From: Squalus acanthias
Lineage: Eukaryota
Assembly (NCBI GenBank): GCA_030390025.1
Contig: JASTWF010000329.1
Location: 310,001-374,000, forward strand
Direction: 5' to 3'
Length of the DNA stretch: 64,000 nt
Positions within the stretch are counted from its first letter, which is position 1; each line of letters opens with the position of its first letter. Positions 23,963-37,543 of the stretch are shown in pieces. The notes beneath the pieces are model-generated. The model saw only the letters and a list, made by a program, of their open reading frames with translations, was not told the DNA's origin and did not search any database. The position numbers and the translations under genes are program-made.

Positions 23963-26900
23963 TTACATATGAAATAGGAGCAGGAGTAGGGCAATCGGCC
24001 CCTCGAGCCTACTCCGCCATTCAATAAGATCATGGCTGATCTGATCCTAACCTCAAATCTAAAGAAAACAAGAAGTAGGAGCAGGATCCGGCCACTCAGC
24101 CCCTGGGCCCGCTCTGCCACCCACAGGGCCTTGACCGATCCGAACTCAGCCTCATGTCCAATTTCCTGCCCGCTCCCCGTAACCCCTAATTCCCTTTACT
24201 TCTAGGAAACTATCTATTTCTGTTTTAAATTTATTTAATGATGTACCTTCACAGCTTCCAGGGTCAGCAAATTCCACAGACCTACTACCCTCTGAGTGAA
24301 GAAGTTTCTCCTCATCTCAGTTTTGAAAGAGCAGCCCCTTATTCTAAGATTATGCCCCCTAGTTCTAGTTTCACCCATCCTTGGGAACATCCTTACCGCA
24401 TCCACCCGATCAAGCCCCTTCACAATCTTATATGTTTCAATAAGATCGCCTCTCATTCTTCTGAACTCCAATGAGTAGAGTCCTAATCTACCCAACCTCT
24501 CCTCATATGCCCACCCCCTCATCCCCGGGATTAACCGAGTGAACCTTCTTTGTACTGCCTCGAGAGCAAGTATGTCTTTTCTTAAGTATGGACACCAAAA
24601 CTGTACGCAGTATTCTAGGTGCGGTCTCACCAATACCTTATATAACTGCAGCAATACCTCCCTGTTTTTATAATCTATCCCCCTAGCAATAAAAGCCAAC
24701 ATTCCGTTGGCCTTCTTGATCACCTGCTGCACCTGCATACTAACTTTTTGATTTTCTTGCACTAGGACCCCCAGATCCCTTTGTACTGCAGTACTTTCCA
24801 GTTTCTCGCCATTAAGATAATAACTTGCTCTCTGATTTTTCCTGCCAAAGTGCATAACCTCACATTTTCCAATATTCTATTGCATCTGCCAAATCTCCGC
24901 CCACTCACCCAGCCTGTCTATATCCCCTTGTAGGATTTTTATGTCCTCCTCACTTTCTACTTTCCCTCCCATCCTTGTATCATCTGCAAACTTTGATATG
25001 TTACACTCGGTCCCCTCCTCCAAATCGTTAATATAGATTGTAAAGAGTTGGGGACCCAGCACCAACCCTGCGGAACACCACTGGCTACTGGTTGCCAGTC
25101 CGAGAATGAACCATTTATCCCAACTCTCTGCTTCCTGTTAGATAACCAATCCTCCACCCATGCCAGAATATTACCCCCAATCCAGTGATTTTTTATCTTG
25201 AGCAATAATCTTTTCTGTGGCACCTTGTCGAATGTCTTCTGGAAGTCTAAATACACTACGTCCACTGGTTCCCCTTTATCCACCCTGTACGTTATGTCCT
25301 CAAAGAACTCAAGCAAATTTGTCAGACATGACTTCCCCTTCATAAAGCCATGCTGACTTTGTCCTATTAAATTATGTTTATCTAAATGTTCCGTTACTGT
25401 CTCCTTAATAATAGACTCCAAAATTTTACCCACCACATATGTTAGGCTAACTGGTCTATAATTTCCAGCCTTCTGCCTACTTTCCTTTTTAAATAAGGGT
25501 GTTACATTAGCAGTTTTCCAATCTGCCGGGACCTTTGCTGAGTCCAGGGAATTTTGGAAAATTATTACCAAAGCATCCACAATCCCTACTGCCACTTCCC
25601 TCAAGACCCGAGGATGTAAGCCATCAGGTCCAGGGGATTTATCCGCCTTGAGTCCCATTATTTTACTGAGTACCAATTCCTTAGTGATTTTAATCGTATT
25701 TAGCTCCTCCCCCCCCCCCCCTAGAGCCCCCTGTTTGTCCAGTGTTGGGATATTCTTAGTGTCCTCTACCGTAAAGACTGAAACAAAATATTTGTTCAGC
25801 ATTTTTGCCATCTCCATGTTTCCCACCATTAATTTCCCGGTCTCATTCTCTAAGGGACCTACGTTTGCCTTAACCACCCTTTTTCTTTTTATATAACTAT
25901 AGAAACTCTTGCTATCTGTTTTTATATTTTTTGCTAATTTATTTTCATAATCTATCTTCCCTTTCTTAATCAATCCTTTAGTTACTTTTTGCTGTCTTTT
26001 GAAGACTTCCCAATCTTCTATCCTCCCACTAAGTTTGGCTACCTTATATGTCCTTGTTTTTAGTTGGATACTATCCTTAATTTCTTTACTTAGCCACGGA
26101 TGGCTGTCATTTCTTTTACACCCTTTTTTCCTCATTGGAATATATTTCTTTTGAAAGTTGTAAAATAACTCCTTAAATGAACACCACTGCTCATGTACCG
26201 TCTTACCCTTTAATCTATTTTCCCAGTCCACTTTAATCAATTCCGCTCTCATACCATCATAGTCTCCTTTATTCAAGCTCAGTACGCTTGTTTGAGAACC
26301 AACCTTCTCACCCTCTAATTGGATATGGAATTCAACCATGTTATGGTCACTCATTCCGAGGGGATTCTTAACTAGGACATTATTAATTAATCCTGACTCT
26401 ACACAGGACCAGGTCCAAGGTTGCTTGCCCCCTTGTAGGATCAGTTACATACTGCTCAAGAAATCCATCCCTAATACGCTCAATAAACTCTTCCTCAAGG
26501 CTGCCCTGCCCAATTTGATTTGTCCAGTTAATATGATAGTTAAAATCCCCCATAATTATAGCTGTTCCATTATTACATGCCCCAACTATTTCCTGATTAA
26601 TACATCTTCCAGCAGAGTTGCAACTATTAGGAGGCCTATATACTACTCCCACTAGTGTTTTTTTCCCCTTATTATTCCTTATCTCCACCCAAACTGTTTC
26701 ATTATCCTGATCCTTTGACCCAATATCATTTCTCTGTAATACAGTGATTCCTTCCTTTATTAACATAGCCACCCCACCTCCTCTTCCTTCCTGCCTGTCC
26801 TTCCTGATTGTTAAATACCCTGGCATATTTAATTCCCAGTCGTTGTCACCCTGCAGCCATGTTTCTGTAATGGCCACAAGATCATACCCATACGTAGTTA

Positions 26901-28110
26901 TTTGTACCGTTAACTCGTCTATTTTGTTACGAATGCAGCGTGCATTCAGATAAAGAACTTTTAAATATGTTTTGTGACAATTTATTCCTGCTTTTACCCC
27001 CTTTACTACTTTACCTTTATCTTTATATATTCTGTCCCTTCCTGACACGCTCTGGTTTTTAATTACCCCACTGCTACTTTGCTCTATTGCCTTCGCCGCT
27101 GACATTTTTATTATTTGCTCTCTAGGAACCTCCCCCCCACTAGTTAGTTTAAAGCCCTCTCTACAGCCCTAGTTATATGATCCGCCAGGACTCTAGTCCC
27201 AGCACTGGCCAAGTGAAGTCCATCCCAACGGAACAGCTCTCTCCTGTCCCAGTACTGGTGCCAGTGTCCCAGGAAGCAAAACCCATTTCTCCCACACCAG
27301 TCTTTGAGCCACGCATTTAACTCTCTAATTTTATTTGTCCTAGCCAAATTTGCTCGTGGCTCAGGTAGTAATCCAGAGATTACTACCCTCGAGGTTCTGT
27401 TTTTTAATTTGGCCCCGAGCTGCTCATACTCCCTCAGCAGAACCTATTTCCTTGTCCTATCTATGTCATTGGTACCAACATGGACCACGACAACTGGATC
27501 TTCCCCCTCCCACTCCAAGTTTCTCTCCAGCCCAGAGGAGATGTCCTTAACCCTGGCACCGGGCAGGCAACATAGCCTTCGGGACTCTCGCTCTCGGCTG
27601 CAAAGAACCCTATCTATCCCTTTAATGATACTATCCCCTACCACTACAACATTTCTTTTTACTCCCCCCACTTGAATGGCTCCCCGTACCACGGTGCTGT
27701 GGCCAGGTTGCTCATCCTCCCTGCAGTCCCTGCTCCCGTCCTCACAGGGAGTAAGAGCCTCGAAGCTGTTGGACAAGAGCAAGGGCTGCGGCTCCTCCAA
27801 CACTACCTCCTAGATCCCCGTACCTGCCTCATTCGTAGTCACACCCTCCTGTCCCTGACCACGGGCTACTTCTGAATTAGTTAATCTAATTGGTGTGACT
27901 ACTTCCTGGAACACAGAGTCCAGGTAACTCTACCCCTCCCTGATGTGTCGCAGTGTTTGAAGCTCGGACTCCAGCTCATCAACACGGAGCCGGAGTTCCT
28001 CGAGCAGCCAACACTTACTGCAAATGTGATCACCGTGAACATCAATGGTGTCCACCAGCTCCCACATATTGCAGCAGTAACACATCACCTGCTCTCCAAT
28101 TCTATGTAAT
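23963..28110 (-). mobile_element. Near full-length CR1 LINE with esterase ORF1
   Basis: Split ORF1 (GDS, GTND, DGLH) at 27144-27803. APE at 26383-27105 and RT pieces at 24235-26354, with frameshifts. Confidence 0.92.
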
Positions 28111-28169
28111 TAATTAAATTTATTAATATTATTTACCCTTTAATTAATTTAAATTAAAACAATACACGT

Positions 28170-28560
28170 CTGTGACAGTTTGATCTGAGTCTCCTCACTC
28201 CGTCCTGTGACAGTTTGATCTGAGTCTCTTCACTCCGTCCTGTGACAGTTTGATCTGAGTCTCTTCACTCTCTTCACTTCTCAAAAATCAATATCTCTTC
28301 TCAAAAATCAATATCACTTCTCAAAAATCGATATCACTTCTCAAAAATCAATCTGTTCTCAAAAATCTATATAATTTCTCAAAAATCAATCTCTTCTCAA
28401 AAATCAAGACCTCTTTGCAAAAATCGATATTGATTCCCAATAATCAATATTTGTTCCCAAAAACCGATATCACTTCTCAAAAATCAATATCTCTTCTGAA
28501 AAATTGATATCTGTTCTCAAAAATCGATATTTCTCAAAAAATTGTTATCTGTTGTCAAAA
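28170..28560. repeat. 35-bp repeat x3 followed by degenerate ~20-bp repeat (ttctcaaaaatcaatatc)
   Basis: Direct tandem repetition. Confidence 0.85.
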
Positions 28561-28759
28561 ACAGCACAACCTTTCAGATCGAGAGACACTGAAAGGATCT
28601 ATCGACACACTGTTATTTGAAATATCAAAATATTAAACTCCAGCCCAGTTATAGGGGTTATTAACATCATCAGAAACAAACCCCAACTGTCAGTGTGAAC
28701 ACGATTCAGTCTGGGATGTGATTAACAGCAGCAATAACAGCAGAATCCAACCACTGCGG

Positions 28760-29457
28760 TTACTTGTGAACTCTCTGGTGTTTCAGCAGGTCAGATGACT
28801 CAGTGAATCCCTTCCCACACACAGAGCAGGTGAACGGCCTCTCCCCAGTGTGAACTCGCTGGTGTGCCAACAGGATGGCTGACCGAGTGAATCCCTTCCC
28901 ACACTCAGAGCAGGTGAACGGTCTCTCCCCGGTGTGAACTCGCTGATGTGTCAGTCGGTCGGATGCCCGAGTGAATCCATTCCCACACTCAGAGCAGGTG
29001 AATTGTCTCACCCCAGTGTGACAGCGCCGATGAATTTCCAGCTCAGATGGGTAACTGAATCCCTTCCCACAGTCCCCACATTTCCCCGGTTTCTCCGTGG
29101 TGCGGGTGTCCTTGTGTCTCTCCAGGTTGGACGATCGGTTGAAGCCTCGTCCACACACAGAACACGTGTACGGTTTCTCCCCGCTGTGAATGGTGCAATG
29201 TTTTTTCAGGCTGTGTAACTGGTTAAAGCTCTTTCCACAGTCAGTGCACTGGAACACTCTCACTCGGGTGTGTGTGTCTCAGTGCTTTTCCAGTCACACT
29301 GATGTTTGAAATCTTTTCCCACAGACAGAACAGACAAACATTTCTCCTTCCACATTCAAAGGCCGATGATATTCAGGTCCTGAGGAATGCAGTGACTCTG
29401 TCAGATCTTCATGTTTCGTTTGAGTTTCCCGTCTGCAAATCCTCCCCTTCTAATATC
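28760..29457 (-). pseudogene. C2H2 zinc-finger gene ZNF-B' (6 open fingers, no in-frame ATG for them)
   Basis: Inverted paralog of ZNF-B. ORF 28760-29263. The upstream degenerate finger has in-frame TGAs. Confidence 0.7.
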
Positions 29458-29673
29458 CTGTAAAAGAAGTTTACAAAACTTATCACTGTAAGTACAGGAC
29501 AGAAATTCAGAACAGACAATTCCAGTTTCTAAAGAACATTCTTTCCTCTCTTGTTCCTCCAAAGCTGTAAATCCCCGTCCCACACATTGTTGCTCCTCCC
29601 TGTGTTAAAATCCAAACACATCGCACGTCTCAAGACAGTTTTTCCTCCGCTCCCAGTTTTCTCCACCAACTCT

Positions 29674-30530
29674 CGCTGGGTTCAGTTCTACACTCACTGG
29701 TTCCTCCCTCTCCTCCCCTGAAGGCGCTGACTCTGGCTGGGTTCAGTTCTACACTCACTGGTTCCCCTCCCTCTCCTCCTCTGAAGGTGCTGAATCTGGC
29801 TGGGTTCAGTTCACTCACTGGTTCCCCTCTCTCTCCTCCACTGAAGGTGCTGACTCTGGCTGGGTTCAGTTCACTCACTGGTTCCTTTCTCTCTCCTCCC
29901 CTGAAGGTGCTGACTCTGGCTGGGTTCAGTTCACTTACTGGTTCCCCTCCCTCTCCTCCCCTGAAGGTGCTGAATCTGGCTGGGTTCAGTTCACTCACTG
30001 GTTCCCCTCTCTCTCCTCCAGTGAAGGTGCTGACTCTGGCTGGGTTCAGTTCACTCACTGGTTCCCCTCTCTCTCCTCCCCTGAAGGTGCTGACTCTGGC
30101 TGGGTTCAGTTCACTTACTGGTTCCCCTCCCTCTCCTCCCCTGAAGGTGCTGACTCTGGCTGGGTTCAGTTCACTCACTGGTTCCCCTCTCTCTCCTCCC
30201 CTGAAGGTGCTGACTCTGGCTGGGTTCAGTTCACTCACTGGTTCCCCTCTCTCTCCTCCCCTGAAGGTGCTGAATCTGGCTGGGTTCAGTTCTACACTCA
30301 CTGGTTCCTCTCCCTCTCCTCCCCTGAAGGTGCTGACTCTGGCTGGGTTCAGTTCTACACTCATTGGTTCTCCTCCCCTGAAGGTGCTGACTCTGGCTGG
30401 GTTCAGTTCTACACTCACTAGTTCCTCTCTCTCCTCCACTGAAGGTGCTGACTCTGGCTGGGTTCAGTTCTACACTCACTGGTTCCTCCTCTCCTCCTCT
30501 GAAGGTGCTGACTCTGGCTGGCTTCAGTTC
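29674..30530 (-). repeat. 60/63-bp minisatellite (~14 units)
   Basis: Reverse complement of the unit at 15381. Confidence 0.93.
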
Positions 30531-30534
30531 TCCT

Positions 30535-30900
30535 GGGACCCTGAAGCCCCGCCCACGTTTGGTTCCTTTACAAAGATGGCCGGACGAATCAAGATGGCGA
30601 CGAACAAAGACGCTGCTTTACTTTACAAAGATGGCCGCCCTTAGCCTGGGCCTGCTGCCGGGAAAAAGCCCCGGCGCTGCAAACGCGGAACCCGTCGGTT
30701 CTGATTCGGGGTTTGCGGCCTACACCAGGTGTTTAGAAAGCTCACCCGCCGGATGCGTTACCTCCCTGTTTCGTAATCGGCGCAAAAACAGCTTCTCCCG
30801 CCTAATTCCGCTGGTCGCACTCGGAGGGTCCGGTCACAGTGACACTGCGCATGCTCCAGATACGGGCGGGCACTGCGCCTGCGCGCTGGGCTCCTCCAGT
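30535..30900 (-). promoter_or_regulatory. CpG-rich promoter of ZNF-B'
   Basis: Inverted near-copy of 15020-15375, with aagatggc x3 and gcgcatgc. Confidence 0.7.
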
Positions 30901-30934
30901 GTGAACAGGTCACATTGTCCCCGCGGGACACGTC

Positions 30935-33468
30935 ATAGAGTCACAGAGTTAGACAGCACAGAAAGAGGCCCTTCGGCCCATCGTGTCCGCGCCGCCCATC
31001 AAACCCTGTCTATTCTAATCCCAGTTTCCAGCACTTGGTCCGTAGCCTTGTATGTTATGGCGTTTCAAGTGCTCATCTAAATGCTTCTTGAATGTTGTGA
31101 GGGTTCCTGCCTCTACCACCCTTTCAGGCAGTGAGTTCCAAATTCCAACCACCCTCTGGGTGAAAAAGTTTTTCCTCAAATCCCCTCTAAACCTCCTGCC
31201 CCTTACTTTGAAACTATGCCCCCTGGTTATTGACACCTCTGCTAAGGGGAAAAGTTCCTTTCTATCTATCCTATCTATGCCCCTCATAATTTTGTACACC
31301 TCAATCAGGTCCTCCCTCAGCCTTCTCTGCTCTAAGGAAAACAACCCCAGCCTGTCCAGTCTCTCTTCATAGCTGAAGTGCTCCAGCCCTGATAACATCC
31401 TGGTGAATCTCCTCTGCATCCTCTCCAATACAATCACATCACTCCTAAAGTGTGGCGACCAGAACTGCACACTGTATTCCAGCTGTGGCCTAACTAGCGT
31501 TTTGTACAGCTCCATCATAACCTCCCTGCTCTTATATTCTATGCCTCGGCTAATGAAGGCAGGTATCTCATATGCCTTCTTAACCACCTTATCTACCTGT
31601 CCTGCTGCCTTCAGGGATCTAAGTACATGCAATCCAAGGTCCCTCTGATCCTCTGTCCTTCCTAGGGTTCTATCATTCATTGTGTATTCCCTTGCCTTGT
31701 TAGTCCTCCCAAAATGCATCAGCTCACAGTTTTCAGGGTTAAATTCCATTTGCCACTCTTCTGCCCATCTGACCAACCCGTCTATATCGTCCTGTAGCCT
31801 GAGGCTTCCCTCCTCGCTATTTACCACTCCACCAATTTTCGTGTCATCTGCGAACTTACTGATCATAGCTCCTACATTCATATCTAAATCATTAATGTAC
31901 ACTACAAACAGCAAGGGACCCAGCACCGATACACCACTGGACACAGGCTTCCAGTCATAAAAACAACCTTTGACCATCACCCTCTGCCTCCTGCCACTCA
32001 GCCAATGTTGGATCCAATGTGCCAAATTGCCCTGGATCCCATGGACTCTCACCTTCTTGACCAGTCTCCCAATCGGGACTTTGTCAAAAGCCTTACTGAA
32101 GTCGATGTAGACGACATCAACTGCACTACCCTCGTCCACACACCTAGTCAGCCCCTCAAAAAATTCAATCAAATTGGTTCGACATGATCTCCCCCTGACA
32201 AAGCCATGCTGCCTATCCTTGATTAATCCTTGCCTCTCCAAGTGGAGACTAATTCTGTCCCTCAGAATATTTTCCAATAATTTCCTGATGTTAGGCTCAC
32301 TGGCCTGTAATTCCCTGGTTTATCCCTACTACCCTTCTTGAATAATGGTACTACGTTAGCTGTCCTACAGTCCTCTGGCACCTCCCCTGTGGCCAGAGAG
32401 GTTCTGAAAATTTGTGTCAGAGCCCCTGCAATCTCCTCCCTTGCCTCACACAGCAGCCTGGGATACATCTCGTCTGGGCCTGGGGATTTATCCACTTTTA
32501 AGCCCGCTAAAACTGCCAGTACCTCCTCCCTCGCAATACTAATTTGTTCAAGTATATCACAATACCACTGCCTGATTTCTATGCCTACATCGTCCTTCTC
32601 CATAGTGAACACAGATGCAAAATATTCATTTAAAACCTCACCCACATCTTCCGGCTCTGAACACAGATCGCCACTTTGGTCCCAAATGGGCCCTACTCTT
32701 TCCCTGGTTATCCTCTTGTCCTTAATATACTTATAAAATACCTTGGGATTTTCCTTTATTTTGCCCACCAGTGTTTTTTCATGCCCCCTCTTCGCTCTCC
32801 TAATTTCTTTTTTAAGTACCCCCTGCACTTTCTATACTCCTCTAGGGCTTCCACTGTTTTTAGTCCTTTGTATCTGCCAAAAGCCTCCCTTTTTTTCCTA
32901 GTCCACTCTTGTATATCCCTTGTCATCCAGGGTTCCCTGGACTTGTTGGTCCCACCCTTGACCTTTATGGAAACATGTTGGTGCTGTACTCTTTCTATTT
33001 CTTTTCTGAATGACTCCCACTGCTCTGATGTGGATTTTCCTACAAGTAGCTGATCCCAGTCCACTTTGGCCAGATCCTGCCTTATCATATTAAAATCGGC
33101 CTTCCCCCAATTTAGAACCTTTATTTCCGGTCCATCTTTGTCCTTTTCCATGACTACCTTAAATCTCACCGAATTATGGTCACTGTCACCAAAATGCTCC
33201 CCTACTGAAACTTCTACCACTTGCCCGGCTACAATCCCTAGAATTAGGTCCAGTACCGCCCCCTCTCTTGTTGGACTTTCTACATGCTGGCTCAAAAAGC
33301 TCTCCTGGATGCACTTTAAGAATTCCACACCCTCTAAGCCTTTCACACTCTGACTATCCCAGTATAGATTGGGGAAGTTGAAATCCCCTACTATTATTAC
33401 CCTATTATTTCTACACTTCTCTGAGATTTGCCGACATATCTTTTCCTCTATCTCCCCCTGACTGTTTG
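30935..33468 (-). mobile_element. CR1 LINE, inverted duplicate of ~12430-14980
   Basis: Near-identical ORF2 peptides and the same junction with the ZNF promoter. Confidence 0.92.
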
Positions 33469-33494
33469 TAACTAGCAGGATAGATAAGGGGAAA

Positions 33495-33597
33495 GGGTTC
33501 TGATGAAAGGTCTTCGACCTGAAACGTTAACTCTGTTTCTCTCTCCACGGATGCTGCCTGACCTGCTGAGTTTTTCCAGCGTTTTCTGTTGTTATTT
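33495..33597 (+). mobile_element. 103-bp Penelope-type terminal-repeat fragment with minimal hammerhead motif
   Basis: gtt-CTGATGA-aaggtc-ttc-gacct-GAAA-cgtt-aac at 33497-33531. Flanked by a 14-bp TSD, tagataaggggaaa (33481, 33598), inside a CR1 fragment. Confidence 0.8.
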
Positions 33598-33759
33598 TAG
33601 ATAAGGGGAAACCAGTGGATGTGGTATTTGGATTTTCAGAAACAATCGATAAGATGCCACACAAGAGGTTATTAAACAACATTAGGGCTCATGGGATTGG
33701 CGGTAATATACCAGCATGGTCCCTGGAGTTTGAGAGAAATCAAGTTTGAAAATGATGCA

Positions 33760-33980
33760 GAGTTTCAGCCAATGAGGGAGCTCCGGGCTCAACTCCGCCC
33801 ATTGGGTGCTGTAAGCCCCGCCCCTCACACACTCCGATTGGTTGGAAGACCAACCGCCCGCTCGGTCCTCCAGTCCTGCCCCGCTCTTCCTATTGGTCCG
33901 GAGCTCCCGTCAATCACCTGGGCAGTGTGAGCTGAGCATGCGCGGACCTTGGCAGCAACCGCTGACACATCAGGTGAGAG
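33760..33980 (+). promoter_or_regulatory. Possible CCAAT/GC-box promoter with first-exon splice donor
   Basis: Several CCAAT/ATTGG boxes, ccccgcccc, gcatgcgc and cag|gtgaga near 33972. No downstream coding exon identified. Confidence 0.45.
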
Positions 33981-34157
33981 AGCTCAGGGAGTGGGTTAAT
34001 AAACCCCGGGGGTACGCGGGCTGCTCACACACCCCGAGTGCGGCCCCAGGCCCGGCCCGGAGAAAACACTCAACATTATCCGCCTTCCCACAACTACCCG
34101 CCAGTTTAAGACCCAAACTCCGGGACAACCAGGAAGTGCTGGGAAATCCCCAGCGAG

Positions 34158-35207
34158 TCAGGGAGCATCTGTAAATGGAGGAGAAATGGAGACTGGTCAG
34201 GGAGCGTCTGTAAATAACGAGAAATGGAGAGTGGTCAGGGAGCGTTTGTAAATGGAGGAGAAATAGTGACTGGTCAGGGAGCGTCTGTAAATGGAGGAGA
34301 AATGGAGACTAATCAAGGAGCATCTGTAAATGGAGGAGAACTGGAGAGTGGTCAGGGTGCGTCTGTAAATGGAGGAGAAATGGAGACTGGTCAGGGAGCA
34401 TCTGTAAATGGAGGAGAAATGGAGACTGGTCAGGGAGCATCTCTGAATGGAGGAGAAATGGGGACTGGTCAGGGAGCGTCTGCAAAGGGAGGAGGAATGG
34501 AGACTGGTCAGGGAGCGTCTGTAAATGGAGAAGTGGGGACTGGTCAGGGAGCGTCTGTAAATGGAGAAGTGGGGACTAGTCAGGGAGCATCTGTAAATGG
34601 AGGAGAACTGGGGACTGGTCAGGGAGCGTCTGTAAATGGAGAAGGAATGGTGACAGGTCAGGGAGCATCTGTAAATGGAGGAGAAATGGTGACTGGTCAG
34701 GGAGCGTCTGGAAATGGAGGAGAAATGGTGACTGGTCAGGGAGCGTCTGTAAATGGAGGAGGAAAGGAGTCTGGTCAGGGAGCGTCTGTAAATAGAGGAG
34801 AAATGGGGACTGGTCATGAAGCGTCTGTAAATGGAGGAGAAATGGAGACTGGTCAGGGAACGTCTGTAAATGGAAGAGAAATGGTGAGTGGTCAGGGAGC
34901 GTCTGTAAATGGAGGAGAAATGGAGACTAGTCAGGGAGTGTCTGTAAATGAAGGAGAAATGGGGACTAGTCAGGGAGTGTCAATAAATGGAGGAGAAATG
35001 GAGACTAGTCAGGGAGTGTCTGTAAATGAAGGAGAAATGGGGACTAGTCAGGGAGTGTCTATAAATGGAGGAGAAATGGTGACAGATCAGGGAGCGTCTG
35101 TAAATGAAGGAGAAATGGTGACTGTTCAGGGAGTGTCTGTAAATGGAGGAGAAATGGTGACAGGTCAGGGAGCGTCTGTAAATGGAGCAGAAGTGGTGAG
35201 TGGTCAG
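34158..35207. repeat. 39-bp minisatellite (~27 units)
   Basis: Unit gtcagggagcgtctgtaaatggaggagaaatggagactg. Confidence 0.93.
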
Positions 35208-35359
35208 ATCAAGGATTGAACGTGGGACCTTCCTAGTCAGTGGTGCAGTGTGTTCTAAAGCGGGGTTGGGGGGGGGGGGGGAGGGGGCGGAGGGTTAGAA
35301 CAGGATATTTTGAAAGAAATGTCACTCCAACATTGCAAAATTCTGAAGACTTTCAATAT

Positions 35360-35857
35360 TAACCAAGCAAGTCAAATGGATCGTCAAAAACAGTGAGACA
35401 TTTTAGAAAGGCTCAAGTCACTGAAACAGACATGTTTACAATCACTGCACAGTACAGAAGGGAGCGACTGTTAATGGGAGCTCTGTTAGTGAAGTCCGCC
35501 GACACTCCAAGATAAACAGGTCTGTCCCTTTAACTATAAATAGACAGAGAAAGGGGAGTCCCTGTCCCTTTAAATATCTGGCCCATTCCCCCAGGCAGTG
35601 GGAGGAGGAACAGTGCGTGGTCTCTCTATATCCTGACCAAGCGGGCCCCGCCGGATGGGCTGCAACATGTAGAAACCTGCTCTGTGTCGGGATCACTTAC
35701 ATTGAGACACCAAATCCAGGGACCACTTACATTAAGGCACCAAATCCAGGGAACACTTACACTGATACACCAAATCCAGGGACCACTTACACTGAGGCAC
35801 CAAATCCAGGGACCACTTACACTGAGACACCAGATCCAGGGACCACTTACACTGAGT
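35360..35857 (+). repeat. Direct duplicate of the window start (1-~1140) including the 30-bp minisatellite
   Basis: caagcaagtcaaatggatc...ggctcaagtcactgaaacagac is shared with positions 1-250. Confidence 0.85.
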
Positions 35858-36913
35858 CTATAAATGGGAATCAGAGAGCCTCTGTATGGGGACTGGTCAT
35901 GGTGGTGAAACCAGCTCCAGTGAGGGCGGGTAATGGATGAAGATATGACGTTGGAATCAGATGGTTACTGCTGGGGCCTGGTGACAGGTTATTGTCAGAA
36001 GACCTTTACAGGCAGGCCGATGATTGGATGTAACCAGCACAACACCTGGATCTTCCTTTTCCTGTCCAAAGTCTAATGACCCTGATGTCTTTTTCTGTGG
36101 CAAATGTAGAGATGTGAAAGAAGAGAGGAAATCAGGCTCGGGCCAGAAAGAAGGTTCCTTGAATGAACAATTCATGAGGCTGTTTTCTGACTCATCTGCG
36201 TGAGGTTAAAACACCATGAAATGAAAGAGAACATGTCCAGTGACACTGGCGTTGTCAATAATGGTTTCTATCCCTAACCACTGTCTCATAAGCCGAACAT
36301 CCTAACCCGAAGCCCAGCCCCTAAACCCTAACCAAGGATTACTGACAGGGTTCAATGGAGGAGCAAAAGACCTGATAAAGGAAGTATCAGAAAAAATTAT
36401 CTCGATTAAAGAAATAGTGCAAGGTATGTTGATAACAAGAGATTAAATCAAACAGAGCATCAAAATCAGCAATGACAATTACAAAGATCAGAACATTTCA
36501 AAGGCGATCACATGTGGAGGAGTTTCTACCAAATCGGATCCAAAAAGGGTTGAATGATACAGAAAATAACAGATTTCAAATCTTATGCAAGATAGTTCTA
36601 TAAAAGGGTGGTTCAAAGGAACTTCAGATGAGTGTAAAGTGAGACACTCCAGTTCAGACTATGACACCCACAAGCCATGGACTCAAACAGAACCAGCCTG
36701 GGGTTTGTGCGGCAGAAGGAAAACTAGGTGAGAAGTGATATAAGTTAGAGTAAGAAAAGGGCCCACAAAATGGAACATTCGGTAACAGAACATCAATTAG
36801 TCTCCTCTTATCATGGAGAAATCAAATATTCGACCCACTGTGTTTATACAAAGCTGATTTATTCAATATTTGGACAGAATATTAATCTCCAGCCCAGGTA
36901 AAGGGGTTATTAA

Positions 36914-37486
36914 TACAGTAGCAAAATACAGCGGATGCTGGAAATCTGAAATAACAACAGAAAATTGGGGAGACCAAACGCAGATTGGGGGACCGCTTTG
37001 CGGAACACCTCTGTTCAGTCCGTAAGGGTGACCCTGAGCTTCCGGTCGCCTGTCACTTTAATTCTCCGCTTCACTCCCACTCTGACCTCTCCGTCCTCGG
37101 CCTCTTACATTGTTCCAATGAAGCTCAACGTAAGCTCGAGGAACAGCACCTCATCTTTCGATTAGGCACTTTAAAGCCTTGGGAATCAACATTGAGTTCA
37201 ACAATTTCAGACTATAACCCCTGCTCCCATTTTTCATGCTGAATAATTTTGCCATCCCCATTTGCAACATTTTATCTTTCCTGCCTCTTACCTTAGCACA
37301 GAATGTTATTCAATTCCTTCCTCCCCTCCTCACCCCTCTCCCTGTCGCTGCACCTGCTTAAAATCTGTTACATCTCCAGCTTTTTTCCAGTTCTGATGAA
37401 GGGTCCCAGACCTGAAACGTTAACTCTGTTTCTCTCTCCACGGATACGGCCTGGCCTGCTGAGTGTTACCATAGGGGTTGTTATTA
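36914..37486 (+). mobile_element. Penelope-like element fragment: inverted terminal piece, GIY-YIG C-terminal part, 3' repeat with hammerhead
   Basis: Peptide GETKRRLGDRFAEHL...PVACHFN...RKLEEQHLIFRLGTL. Hammerhead agtt-CTGATGA-agggtc-cca-gacct-GAAA-cgtt-aact at 37389-37425. Flanked by aggggttattaa repeats and absent from the paralog near 9200. Confidence 0.85.
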
Positions 37487-37543
37487 TAGGGGTTATTAAG
37501 ATCAGCAGAAACACACTCGAACTGCTAGAATGAATATGGTTCA

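Noticed and set aside
34224..35219. 331-aa GQGASVNGGEMET repeat protein
   Set aside because: It coincides exactly with the 39-bp minisatellite and has no non-repeat domain. Coding cannot be supported.
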